Of a DNA stretch of 64,000 nt, positions 52,276 to 64,000 are shown piece after piece; within the stretch, counting starts at the first letter, position 1, and the number at the start of each line of letters is the position of its first letter. Source of the DNA: Octopus sinensis (lineage: Eukaryota). Where the stretch lies: positions 185,008,001-185,072,000 of the forward strand of contig NC_042997.1 in assembly GCF_006345805.1 (NCBI RefSeq), written 5' to 3'. The position numbers were made by a program, and so were the translations under genes. The notes under the pieces are model-generated. The model searched no databases. It worked only from the letters and a program-made list of their open reading frames with translations, and was not told the origin of the DNA.

Positions 52276-53029
52276 GTGTGTGTGTCTGTGTGTGTGAGTA
52301 TATATATGTATGTACTGTATATATTATATATACACACACATCTATACACACATATATATGTACATACATATATACTTTAATACATACACATACCCATACA
52401 TACATATACATACATACACAATTTAATATATACATGCATGCATACATACATAATACATACATACATACATGCATACATACATACATATATACATACATAC
52501 ATACATACGTACATACGTACATACATACATACGAATATCTTGGTATTATTGTGGAGAAGATTTATGTACTTGTTTATTTATTATCATGTGCTTCTATTAA
52601 CGTTTTAGGAAAATAACTATTTCATTCATCCTCGCCGACAACTCCCGGCTATGGCCACAAACAACACAAAGATTAATTACCAAGAAGTTATTTTTCTGCG
52701 TTTCCCCCCTTTTTTTAAGTATGGCATCACTATCGCCATCGTACATATTGACATTGTAACCTCAAGCAGCACCATCATCACCACCACCATCACCACTACC
52801 ATTACCACCACTACCATCACCATCACATGTGCAACTATCACCATTACCCTCAACTCAGTCGCTACAATCACAAACATAACCACCAATGTAACTACCACCA
52901 CAGTCGATGACACCATTACCAACAAAACCACCACCACCACTACAACCATTACCGTAGCCAGCCCCCACTGTTGCCACTTCCACTATTAAAATCGCTCCTC
53001 CTCACAACGATCACCACTAACACCATAAC

Positions 53030-54266
53030 CGACACGCAGCATAGATTTCTGCTCTGAAGATCTTGCCTAACAAATATTCTCCTTCTTGAAGAGTGGATTA
53101 CGAGGACCATGGATGAAGAAGACTCGGTGGACGTGGTATTTTTGGACTTCGCAGAGGCGTTTGACTCCGTTAATCCCCGACGTCCCTTGCGCAAACTTCA
53201 AGTATACAAGATTCAGCCATTGGTGACTTCGTGGATTTCTTCCATCCTGTGCCATCGAACCTTTCGGGTGCAGATAAATGGAGATCTCTCCGCGGAGACG
53301 AATGCCTGCAGGGGCGTTCCCCAGGAGTCGGTGCTGGGGCCAATACTTTTCCTCCTCTATATCAACCACCAGCCAGATTTTCTTGATGGAAGTGTCCTCC
53401 TATTTACAGACGCCTAGGAATCAATATGGTATGCTCTAATCGTCACTGAACCGAGCTTGGAACTGGGCAGAAGAATGGAATCTCCCCTTGAACGCCTCAA
53501 AATGCAGCCATTTGCCAATAGATACACCTCCAAACTCTCCCTTGACTATTGGCCTCAAACACCATCTTAAGATGGTCACTGAAGAAAATCATCTCGGCAT
53601 AATGATCGATACTTCTTTTAACTAAAACGGCAGTGTATAGAGGCGGCGAACAAAGCCAGAAGGAATCTTTCCCTCATTCGCCGGTCCTTTGTCAACCTTT
53701 CAATGGACATCTTTGGGCCTTTATATGTCACTCTAGTTCGACCCATCCTCGAATATTGCATCCAGGCCTCAAACCCATATCTCCAGAATGACATTCAGCA
53801 CCTGGAACAGGTTCAGCACTTGGCTGCCCGAATGGTCGCGGGCTTGTCTCAGCTTACGTATGAGGAACGTCTCCAACAGCTGGCATTACCTTCACTCGAA
53901 CGACGGAGGATGCGGGGAGATCTCATCCTGGCTTTCAACATCTTCAACGGGAATGTAAGCCTACCATTTTCAGAGTTTTTCACTCCTGCGTCGGATAGAG
54001 CTCTTTGTGGGTATGATCCCACTCGATCCCCGACACTTTCGACTCAACATGCGGAAGGCCGCATTCTCCGTCCGTATCGCAGCCCCGTGGAACAAGCTAC
54101 CACAAGATGTCATTCAACTGCTCACCAATCCCCTGTTCATAGAGATTCTGGACAACTGTGACGAATATGTATAAAAACTGTATATAACAATAACTGTTTT
54201 TGTATTCTTTACATGGCTTAAGCATATTGTACTCTTCTACCAATAAATTTGATTTGATTTGATTTG
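53030..54266 (+). mobile_element. 5'-truncated CR1-clade LINE (RT remnant)
   Basis: VDVVFLDFAEAFDSV..GVPQESVLGPILFLLYIN..LLFTDA; LVRPILEY..LERRRMRGDLI; (TTTGA)n tail at 54246-54266; stops and frameshifts. Confidence 0.92.
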
Positions 54267-54348
54267 GTAACCACCATCGCCACTATCACCATCATGAACA
54301 CCGTCACACGACTGCCTCGATAAATAATGACTGAGGGTTAAACGACAA

Positions 54349-54617
54349 TGAAGGCGCGTGGCTTAGTTGGCAGGGTGTTAGCATCATGATCGTAAGATTG
54401 TGGTTTCGATTCCTGAACCGGGCGACGCATTGTGTTCTTGAGTAAAGCACTTCATTTCACGTTGCTCCAGTCCACTCAGCTGGTAAAAATGAGTAACGCT
54501 GCGATGGACTGGTGTCCCGTCCAGCTGGGGAACACATACACCATAGAAACGGGGAAACCGGGCCCCATGAGCCTGGCTAGGCTTTAAAAAGGGCGCATTT
54601 ATTTATTTATTATTTTT
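54349..54617 (+). mobile_element. SINE family E with 15-bp TSD
   Basis: agggttaaacgacaa at 54334-54348 and 54618-54632. Confidence 0.9.
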
Positions 54618-54894
54618 AGGGTTAAACGACAAGCTAATTGGTAGAATGCTTAACATATAGGACCTATGTGGTTAGTCCAGCTGCTCGAAATAGCAACCGA
54701 ATTTCCGTCAAGTTGTTCTCAAATGCCTTTCTCACTAAAGAAGTTATTAGATAATGCAGTCTGAAATATTCTTTAAAGAAAAAAGTGACACTGTGGTCAT
54801 GGTTAGATTGTTGTTGACGATAAGTGTCACGATTAAAACTGCCCTAGTATTAAAAAACAATATTAGGTACTCATGGTGTATATTAGTTAAACCT

Positions 54895-54970
54895 ACGTGA
54901 AATTATTCACTTTATCTACACCCATACACACACGTGAAATTATTCACTTTATCTACACCCATACACACAC
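54895..54970. repeat. 37-bp tandem duplication
   Basis: acgtgaaattattcactttatctacacccatacac at 54895 and 54932. Confidence 0.85.
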
Positions 54971-55108
54971 ACACACGTGCATTGTTTTAGTACTTAAAAA
55001 TGTTTTACACTTAACGAGTGTATATAGAACGATAAAAATAAAATCCATGGCTAGACAGTTCTGTTCAGCAGGAATTGATTTAGAGGTGCACCATGAAAGG
55101 GATCTCTT

Positions 55109-55761
55109 AATTATTATTTTTTTGTTAACTTAGCAGTTTGAAACTTCGTATACTGGTGTAATTTCTCAAGCTGAACACAGTTTACTTTCAACTTTTTTAA
55201 CAAATTTTCGTATTTTAGAAGTTATTTAGTCTTAAATTTGTCGTATTCACCTGAAGAAAGGTACGACTGTATGCGATAGTAATCGACGAGGAACAACTTC
55301 TGCGTCATCTCTACTAAATTTCACCACCCTGTTCTATTTTATTTTTGTTTACTGCCTGTGTTGCATTTTACACGCTTCTTTTTACTTTTCGATCGCCTCT
55401 TTGTACATTTGCATTTTCACCACCCGTAAAAAGAGGCGATCGAAAAGCAAAATACAAAAACAAAAACAAAGCGAGTTGTATGCAACACAAGCAGTAAACA
55501 AAAATAAAATAGAATAGACTGGTGACATTTAGGTGAGATGACCCAGAAGTTGTTTCTCTTCGAGTACTATCGCATACAGCAGTAGCTTTCTTCAGATGAA
55601 TTCACGTCGTTTCTTGGTTACACAAATACGACAAATTTAACATTAAATAACTTCTAAAATACTAAATTTTGTCAAAAATGTCAAATGTAAACCGTAATCA
55701 GCATGAAAAATTACACCAGTATAAGAAATTTCAAACTGTTTAGTTAAAAAATAAATAATTA
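55109..55761. mobile_element. ~650-bp fold-back MITE, inverted similarity along its whole length
   Basis: cagtttgaaacttcgtatactggtgtaattt / aaattacaccagtataagaaatttcaaactg; inner cttttcgatcgcctcttt / aaagaggcgatcgaaaag. Confidence 0.8.
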
Positions 55762-56359
55762 AAAAGACAGCGAAACTGAAGAGACCCTATGAAAGTAACA
55801 GGTAAACGTAAAAGCAAATAAATTAATCCCAGTGTGAGAGAAAGCGCTCCCCGAGGTCTCATAAATATACGATGGCCTAGAAAATTGGCTGTTGACCAGT
55901 GTAATTTATGTCATAAGTACTTTTCCTGAAATTATATTTTCTTAGTCTTTCTCTAAACAGAAACATAAGATTATAAAATGTTTAATGTGTATATGTGTGT
56001 GCAGGTCCATTCTGGACAAATAGTTAAAGATTTCTCTTCGTAACCACAAAACCCTGGTTTCGATCCGAATGCTTCACATCTTGGGCAATTGTCAAATGAT
56101 ATTTTCTTTTATCTCAGGGTCAACCTATAACTTCCCAGTGAAATTGGGTTAACAAGTCAATTGTATTTGTAATTCAAAAATGTACAGCCTTGTACACCAT
56201 ATCTCGCTGATTCAGCATAAGAATTAGATTAAATTTATGTGTACCAGTGGCATACTCAGCCATTTGATCGTTAATTCAAGAGTAGTTTATTAATTTGGTC
56301 GAACAACCGAATCCTCATCGTCGAACGACGGAGATCCGTCGCCAAATATGTCTATATCT

Positions 56360-56680
<321 letters not shown>

Positions 56681-58197
56681 CTATGCATATGTACGTATAT
56701 TTATATAAATATAAATACACAGACACCTACATACACAAAAATCTAAATAAGGGTATATGTACGTGTTTATGTATGTATTGCGCGGTAATGTAGGTCAAAA
56801 TATTTTCATGTACTTTTGTCTTTCTAATTTATGGAGAGGATATTAGGTATGCAGAACTCTTTGCAAAGGAAGTGAGTTGATATTCTGTTTGAACTGTATA
56901 AAGTTGGTAATTAGTAGTGTTAACTATCTTGGTTTTGAAAAGAAAATTGCACGCTTATTCTCGTTCGCATAGGAATAAGTAGATACGTGAGTATGTTTTC
57001 TTTTTATACTGCAGATCAATATTCGTTAGTTAAGAAAGCAATAGATACATCAACGAGTTTAAAAATCGATTTCAGGCTTGTCTGAGAAGTTAATTATAAG
57101 GTATTCGTATCAAACGTAGAATTTGTTTTGAAAGTCAATAATTTGTGGAATCTATACGCCATTTAGCATTCTTTATTCATACTGAATTATTCAGCAATAT
57201 CTATGCGATGATCACTCACGTGTTTGTCATCCGTTTTGTTTCTTCTGAAATATATCAAACGAATATTTCGTAAAAGCCCTCAACGTCTGAGACATACTAT
57301 CAAAGTATAGCCTAATTGTGAGTCTTATTACAATATTTGTGTTTGAATGAATGTCAGAAATCTCTCTCTCACTCCATTTCCCCCCTCTCTCTCTTACTAT
57401 ATGTACATATGTGCGTATTATTATGTACACACATACACACACACATACACACACATAAATATCTGCGTGAGTCATATATATATATATATATATGTATATA
57501 TAAAACATTATTGGTGAATTGAAGAAATGGAGCTGAACGCAGATTGAACAGAAATCGTTTTATTTCATTCTACACGTGTTTCGAAAGGCACAAATTACCA
57601 AAATCCGATTGAATAATGGGACCATATTGTGTCTTTCTCTTCAGGAAGAAAAAAGGAAATCCGTTGGAAAAACAAAAACAGAACAGAGGCAGAGCAAAAA
57701 ACAAATCGAACTGTGCTCCTAAGAGCCCATGGCGAAACTGTTTATCAGTGTATGTTGAGAACCGGTGGCTGAAGAATTCAACAGGTCAGGCATCGGTCAA
57801 ACATGTGGGTGAGGGTGTATAGATGTTCTTTGTGACCGAGAATAAAGTTCTGACTATTTAAAGAATATTGGATGTTTTATAAGGGGCGAGAAAAAATCTA
57901 CTTAGAGACGTGTGTGTGTGTATACTGTTCTATATATGTGTGTGTTGGCGTAGGGGTAGAAAACATTTTTTGTGTACGTGTGTGCGTTTGATCGTTCGGC
58001 TGTCAGTGGCTACTGCCGTGATAACCGTTGGGTGGCAGAAAGAAAAAAAAAAATTTATATATGTATATATAAATATATATATGCATATGTATATATATAT
58101 ATGTGTATGTATATGTATATACATATGTATATATATATATGTGTCCATATGTATTGATGGATGTATATATATATATATGTGTGTGTGTGTGTGCTCG

Positions 58198-58270
<73 letters not shown>

Positions 58271-58348
58271 CAGGGTGAATACTTGATAAATGTAAGCACC
58301 TGTATATGCCAGCTATTGGCATAGGTGATAGGATATATGTATTAAATG

Positions 58349-58393
<45 letters not shown>

Positions 58394-59697
58394 ATATGGA
58401 ACAAAATGTCAAGGTAGAAAATGCTAAAATAATTTTATAAAATGCATTTCAGTACCGGTTTCAGTCATTAAGACTTTTTCAACTGTAAGTATGGAAAACA
58501 ATTTAATAAGATTTTTATTTACCTTATATTTCATTAATACGACATAAAAATGTTTCATCGTTGGAAAACGAAGACTGAATTTAGGTCTACGCTGTACACA
58601 TAGGTGGTTATAGTGGTGCGGATTCCTACATCTGCACATTGGTACTTGTTTTTATAAGCTAATTAGACTCACGCAACATTTGCTTGTCGTTGAGTGCGGA
58701 TTTCCTTCTGTCTCAAATTATCAATATTCCTCTGTGTGGCTTTGGTGGTGATCATAATATTCTGGCTATGATTATATTTCAGATGTCTTTTTTAACGGAA
58801 TAAGAATTTGTGTGTTCTCCAACGGTAATGTGTAGTTTGTAAATGGCGCTCTATTATAAAATGTACCATGTTTATTACAAATTATATTTTAGATACTGTA
58901 TGTTGTTGTTTAGCTATGTTCGATGTACCCATATATGAGCCAAGACTAGTATTTTCTAAACCCAGAGTCGTTCAGTTTTATATTAATTCCTTTCTTATGA
59001 ATCGCCTTGTGTGATTGTAGTAGTGATTCCACTATAAATAAGTGACAACGTCAGAAAGTATATTATTTCTCTGAATAGGTAAGCTTTATTAGGGAGTTTG
59101 TAACTTGGCTGGTGTGTGGTTTATAGCTAGGCGGGTGTGTGGGATAGACTTTATCCATTAGTAACTTTTGTCACTGTTTGGTGTTGGTAATTTTGTTGCC
59201 TGCTTTACTACATCAAAACTGCATCTGTACCGAATGAAATCTCCTGTAAAAAGAGAAGATGCGTCAACATCGTGGACGGAACCGCCAGCACGAAATAACT
59301 GTAAATAATGCTTATGCAAAGTGGCTATCCGATATTCTTTATCAGACACCAATGAAGTTTCAGAGAATGCTTACTTCACAAGCGCTAGTCGTTGTTTTCC
59401 TAAACTTCCGAATTTTTAAGATAAAATCAGTGCTACAGTCCAATACTTTATCCTTAATGACGGACTACATGTTTCACTAGCACAATTTATTCTCTTCAGA
59501 AGATACCTTTATTGAACTCATTCTACACACTGCGAAAATCTTATCACCCTAGCCGACTGCACAGTCAAAGAAGCGGACATAGATTTATAGTGTTGCGGAC
59601 AGGGTAGCATATAAAAATGAAATGAACCTAATACCAGTAGCACTGTTCTAAATCCATATATCCGTGTTAAAAAGCATGTTCGAGTATATATATATAA

Positions 59698-60176
59698 AAT
59701 AATTTTTTGCGTAATAAGATAAAAATCCAAGGCTTTATAGATATCAGAGCATTTATAGATAGAAGGTCTTACAGCTGTTTCTAGGATATTAAATAGAGAA
59801 TACCAAACGAGTTTCCTATGGATACCGTATTTATTACAACGAGTGGCTTGTCGGTATCCATAGGGAATGAGTTTGGTATTTTATTTATTACACACGAATA
59901 AACGACCATATTTTATTAACCCAATAACTAAATTCTTCACGTTTAGTTGTAACTTATGAATGACAAAAGTAGTGCCGTCACCGTGACCTCGGGTCATCAC
60001 CATAGATTGACCAATCAGAAGCAGCGCTGTCACCGTGACCTCGGGTCATCACCATAGATTGACCAATCAGAAGCAGCGCTCGCAGTATCTGACATATGTT
60101 AGATACCAAAAATATCTCTCAGTGTTCTCACTCACATGTGTGTAATAATTAATAATATCCCTTCATCGGAGACGAT
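59698..60176 (-). mobile_element. (TA)n-flanked element with a discontinuous hammerhead-like motif
   Basis: Minus strand: gtct-CCGATGA-a-gggatatta ...~370 nt... taatatcct-a-GAAA-cagctg-TA-agac. Confidence 0.55.
59977..60080. repeat. 52-bp direct duplication containing a CCAAT motif
   Basis: gtcaccgtgacctcgggtcatcaccatagattgaccaatcagaagcagcgct twice. Confidence 0.9.
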
Positions 60177-60640
60177 ATATATATATATATATATACTGGT
60201 TAATATAAACAGACAAAAATAAAACCTGGCATGTAGATATGACCGAAATATTACGGTCAGTTTGAAAGACACAAAGCAAAATATAAGAAGATAGTGGATT
60301 AAAAAGATTATCCTTATAAATCTTTTAGATCTCTCTTTGAGAAACAGACAAGAATTAAGTGAGAGTAAATGGGAATTGTAACAATACAAACCAGCGCATA
60401 GAGTCAACGAACAACCCATTCTCACATATAAGCAGATTACAGAATAGATAAACTTACTCTCTGTACTCTCTTATTTCAAGGGTCTTTAAAGCCGAACTAT
60501 TCTAATATAAGAAAAAGTATAAAACGTTATATTTTGTTGTTTCTGGTTCCTTGCTTCTTTCTGCTTTTCCTTCTTCATACATAAGTTGCATGATAAAAGT
60601 CTTCTACAAAATGTGTGTGTAAGTAAATGTGTGTGTATAT

Positions 60641-60672
<32 letters not shown>

Positions 60673-60684
60673 GCATACATACAA

Positions 60685-60749
<65 letters not shown>

Positions 60750-60831
60750 TATATACATATATACATGTATGTGTAAGTATATATGTATATGTGTATACAT
60801 CAATCAAACAATCCATTTCTCTCTCCCTCTT

Positions 60832-60887
<56 letters not shown>

Positions 60888-62009
60888 CATGGACACATGA
60901 ACACGCATATATACATGGTATAACGATGCAAAACAATGAGGATAAAAATGATAGTCTAGTGCATGTGTGATTGTATTGAGAGCAGATGTATGCTTCGTGC
61001 GTTTCCTATTATCTGTAGCAAGTTACTAAATGAATAAAATGAAAATAAAATAGAAATAGAAAAATGAAGTTTGATATATGGCTGGGAGACATTGGCGATC
61101 TTCCCAACACACACACACACACACATACACACACACACAAATACACACAAATACACATACCAGTGTTCACATTCACACATATCAACACATAAGGAAAATT
61201 GAAAGCAAAAGAAAAAAATAACGAAAAGTTGAACCCCTAGAAAATGCAAACTCAAATAAATAAACCAAATATTCTATTATCCAAGATTCTGTCTGGTATG
61301 ATAGAAGCATGGAAATTATTCTTAATAGTTTTTAATGGAATATTTTGTATTCTTCATGTCAGTCTGATAAGATTGATAAAATCACCGGACATGATTTACA
61401 TATCTTAAAAAATTCTTGTGCTTAGTCGCGTACACATTTGTATATAACATATGTGCATATATGTATATATATTCAGTTTTATACACAGAAACCTACATAT
61501 ATACACATAAATACATATGTATGAATGACTCACTCCTCTCTTTCTCTCTCTCTCTCTCTCTCTCACTCTCTCTCTCTCTCTACACACACACATATATATA
61601 AATACATACATATATGTGTGTGTGAGTGTAAATGTTTATATATTGATATATACACGTACATATATACACACAGATACATAGATACATATATATACACACA
61701 CACACATCTACGCAGATGTTGTTTTTGTATTTCTGGAAACTGTCTATGATATAAGCTGTTATACAATAAGTTTCACACGCAACACTCTATTATATACTGT
61801 ACATATACGTTTCTGTAGCTAGACGAAAACAATATTTATATGTTTCTTTTTATCTTTGTATCCAAAGCCAGTCATTGTCGGCTGAATCAGTGATAACAGG
61901 ATCTCAGGCCGTGACATTTAATTTGTTTCCTCATTTTTATAGATGCCACTAACATATTGATTACATCTACGAGCAAAATGCTTCATACTTTTTCACCTTT
62001 TATGAATAT

Positions 62010-62860
62010 AGATTTGGCAAGGAGAAATTAATGGCATCAAGGGGTATCCAACGGTCATTGGGTATTTCCATCCTGATCCATATCACCCATACATTGAAGG
62101 ATTGTAGGTCAGTAGAAGTGGAAAAAAATCACTGTCCATCGTCTCTTCTTGGGTTCCAATTAAATCCTTCCTCTTTCTCCATAACCAGTAAGACGCTCTT
62201 TCTTCTGTCTCTCATATCCTACGTATTGCTATCTTTCGCTGTTTTCCTCTTATTCCAATGGCTGTAAGTATTCTCCACTGGGCAGAGAATCTCTATAGCC
62301 AACCTCACCTGCGAAATGCGATGACTGAAATGCTATCTCTGAAATCATGCGAAAATCTCTTGTATTTGGTACGCTTCCATTCAAAGGATTGATTGTAAAA
62401 TTCTTTCTACGGAGCTGTAAGCTCGATCAGGATTAGTTTCTTCGCCTTTTCTGACCACAATTACGTTGTATGTAGAGGTACTTAGTTGCCTTGTTTTAAT
62501 CTCTGAGTCTATCTTTGTCGACCTCGAAAAGCATTGAGTAAAAGCCTTGCAGAATTTTTCTGTATTCACTGCACCGTGAGTCCAAATCCAGACGTGGTCA
62601 AACTTCTTTTCATCATTTAGAGTACCATAAGCAGTACCAGTTTTGGATGGTATGTTGTCAAAAATGTACCTTGCTGTAGGACATTCCGTTGTTGTAGTTT
62701 GAATCCCGCAATGTCTGCCCTCTCTTTTGCCAATGCTATGTCTCTTTCTAAATCGTTCAGATCTTCTTGATTAAATTAGCGTGGCTCATTTTTCTTAGAA
62801 TTTTTCGTCGATAGGAGAGTCGGGATGTTAATAGAAATAACAAAATGTGTATAATGTTCT
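62010..62860 (-). pseudogene. Hero/NeSL-like RLE non-LTR retrotransposon C-terminal remnant
   Basis: Minus frames give LWSEKAKKLILIELTAP*, WRILTAIGIRGKQRKIAIRRI and EERASYWLWRKR, the PD-(D/E)xK-type endonuclease tail of these clades. Confidence 0.7.
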
Positions 62861-63776
62861 TGTTCGAATCTGAGCACCCAGATCGTCGATTAAACTGAAA
62901 TAAATGCTTAGAAGACTGTATCCTATTTACAGCACAACGTCATGTCCCTTAACTTTTATAGACAGTCTAACCAAGTGTATTGACGTACTGCAACGTTGAA
63001 CAGAACTCATCTCACTAAATAGCAGCCACGCTGTTATATTAATGATTGGTTCGTTAGCTTGCTCTTTGGATTAGCTTTATCTTATGTTAAATCTAAATGC
63101 GAAACATCAGAGTCCTATCGGAGGAGAGTTAACATTGAAATTTGTTCAGGGAAAATTTTTATAGCATTGAAACGGTGGAAGATTCCTAAGAACTATTCAA
63201 TGGACATGTGGTCTTTTGCAATTCTAAATTTATTGAATTATTTAACAATTAAGACGTTATAGCTTAAGCTTTTGATGAAACTGATACGTTGTACTCTCTT
63301 TGGACAAAGTCGTTGACATCTTTCACATAAAACCAAAGATCAAGATATGATTTAGGGAGGAAAAGGTTTCGGTAATAACTTTAAAGCCACACTTCATAAA
63401 CGCTGCTCAATTTGCGGAAAAGTCACATACATACCCATATACACAAGCGGGCGATAGTGAAGATAATAATGCTTGATCATAATGGTGATTGAGATTTTAT
63501 AGCGCTGATGATAATTATGTCAATGATCACATTAAAGGATGGATGGTAGTGGTAGTTGTGTGATGATGGCGAGGGTGCTGTTATCAACATGGACAATCAC
63601 AATGACAATGATGTATTCACAAAAATGAAATAAATCCTTGGAGTGTGTCCTCTTGAAAGATATAATGACGAAATAAAGATATATAAGATGAATGAAATCA
63701 GTTGAAAAAACGAAGTGAGAAATCTTATATTTCTTTCCATTGAATATTTTGATAGAATTTGGATATACATATATAT

Positions 63777-63977
63777 CATGATAGATCGTTAGCTCCTACA
63801 CGCATTTTTTCTCTCTCCTTGTTTTTTTTTTCTTCTGTGTATCTTTCTGTTGAAGAGCGTAGTCTCTAAACGTAAAAGACTTGTTCTATTTCTATTCCTG
63901 GGTGCCATACTAATACATTTGTTTGTTTGTACTCCACCTACCTTCGTCTTTTGTTTATTTTCGTAAACCTTCCCGTT
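63777..63977 (+). mobile_element. Hammerhead-motif element, copy 4 (core decayed)
   Basis: tcttt-CTGTTGA-a-gagc(gtag)tctc-TAAA-cg-TA-aaaga at 63842-63879; same 5' end as copy 1 (catgatagatcgttagctcctacacgc). Confidence 0.7.
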
Positions 63978-64000
63978 ATATATATATATATATATATATA

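Noticed and set aside
55240-55600. ctgaaga motifs in the MITE arms as possible hammerheads
   Set aside because: Helices II and III cannot be formed consistently.

Overview
AT-rich, repeat-saturated animal genomic DNA with no confidently identifiable host protein-coding exon. It is probably intergenic or deep intronic. The tRNA-SINE families and microsatellite landscape resemble Octopus (inference, not database-checked). Nearly all long ORFs in the track are microsatellite artefacts. The genuine coding remnants are transposon-derived: RTE (one with a 5' inversion), Tx1/L1, CR1, R4/Dong-like and Hero/NeSL-like LINEs, plus mariner, pogo/Tigger and Chapaev3-like DNA transposons. There are also a non-autonomous Helitron and several MITEs. 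The most striking signal is a set of (TA)n-embedded non-coding elements carrying type-I hammerhead ribozyme (HHR) motifs. These are: a 481-bp head-to-tail array with an internal inversion and three HHRs (48.7-50.0 kb, retrozyme/Penelope-like); four copies of a ~200-bp element with a variant CUGUNGA core; an intact-core HHR at 36.8 kb; and a discontinuous HHR at 59.8-60.2 kb. Long near-spacerless palindromes sit in the same (TA)n context. The commonest SINE shares its 3' tail with the Tx1 LINE in the window and inserts as ~184-bp multimers. All alignments and folds were done by eye.
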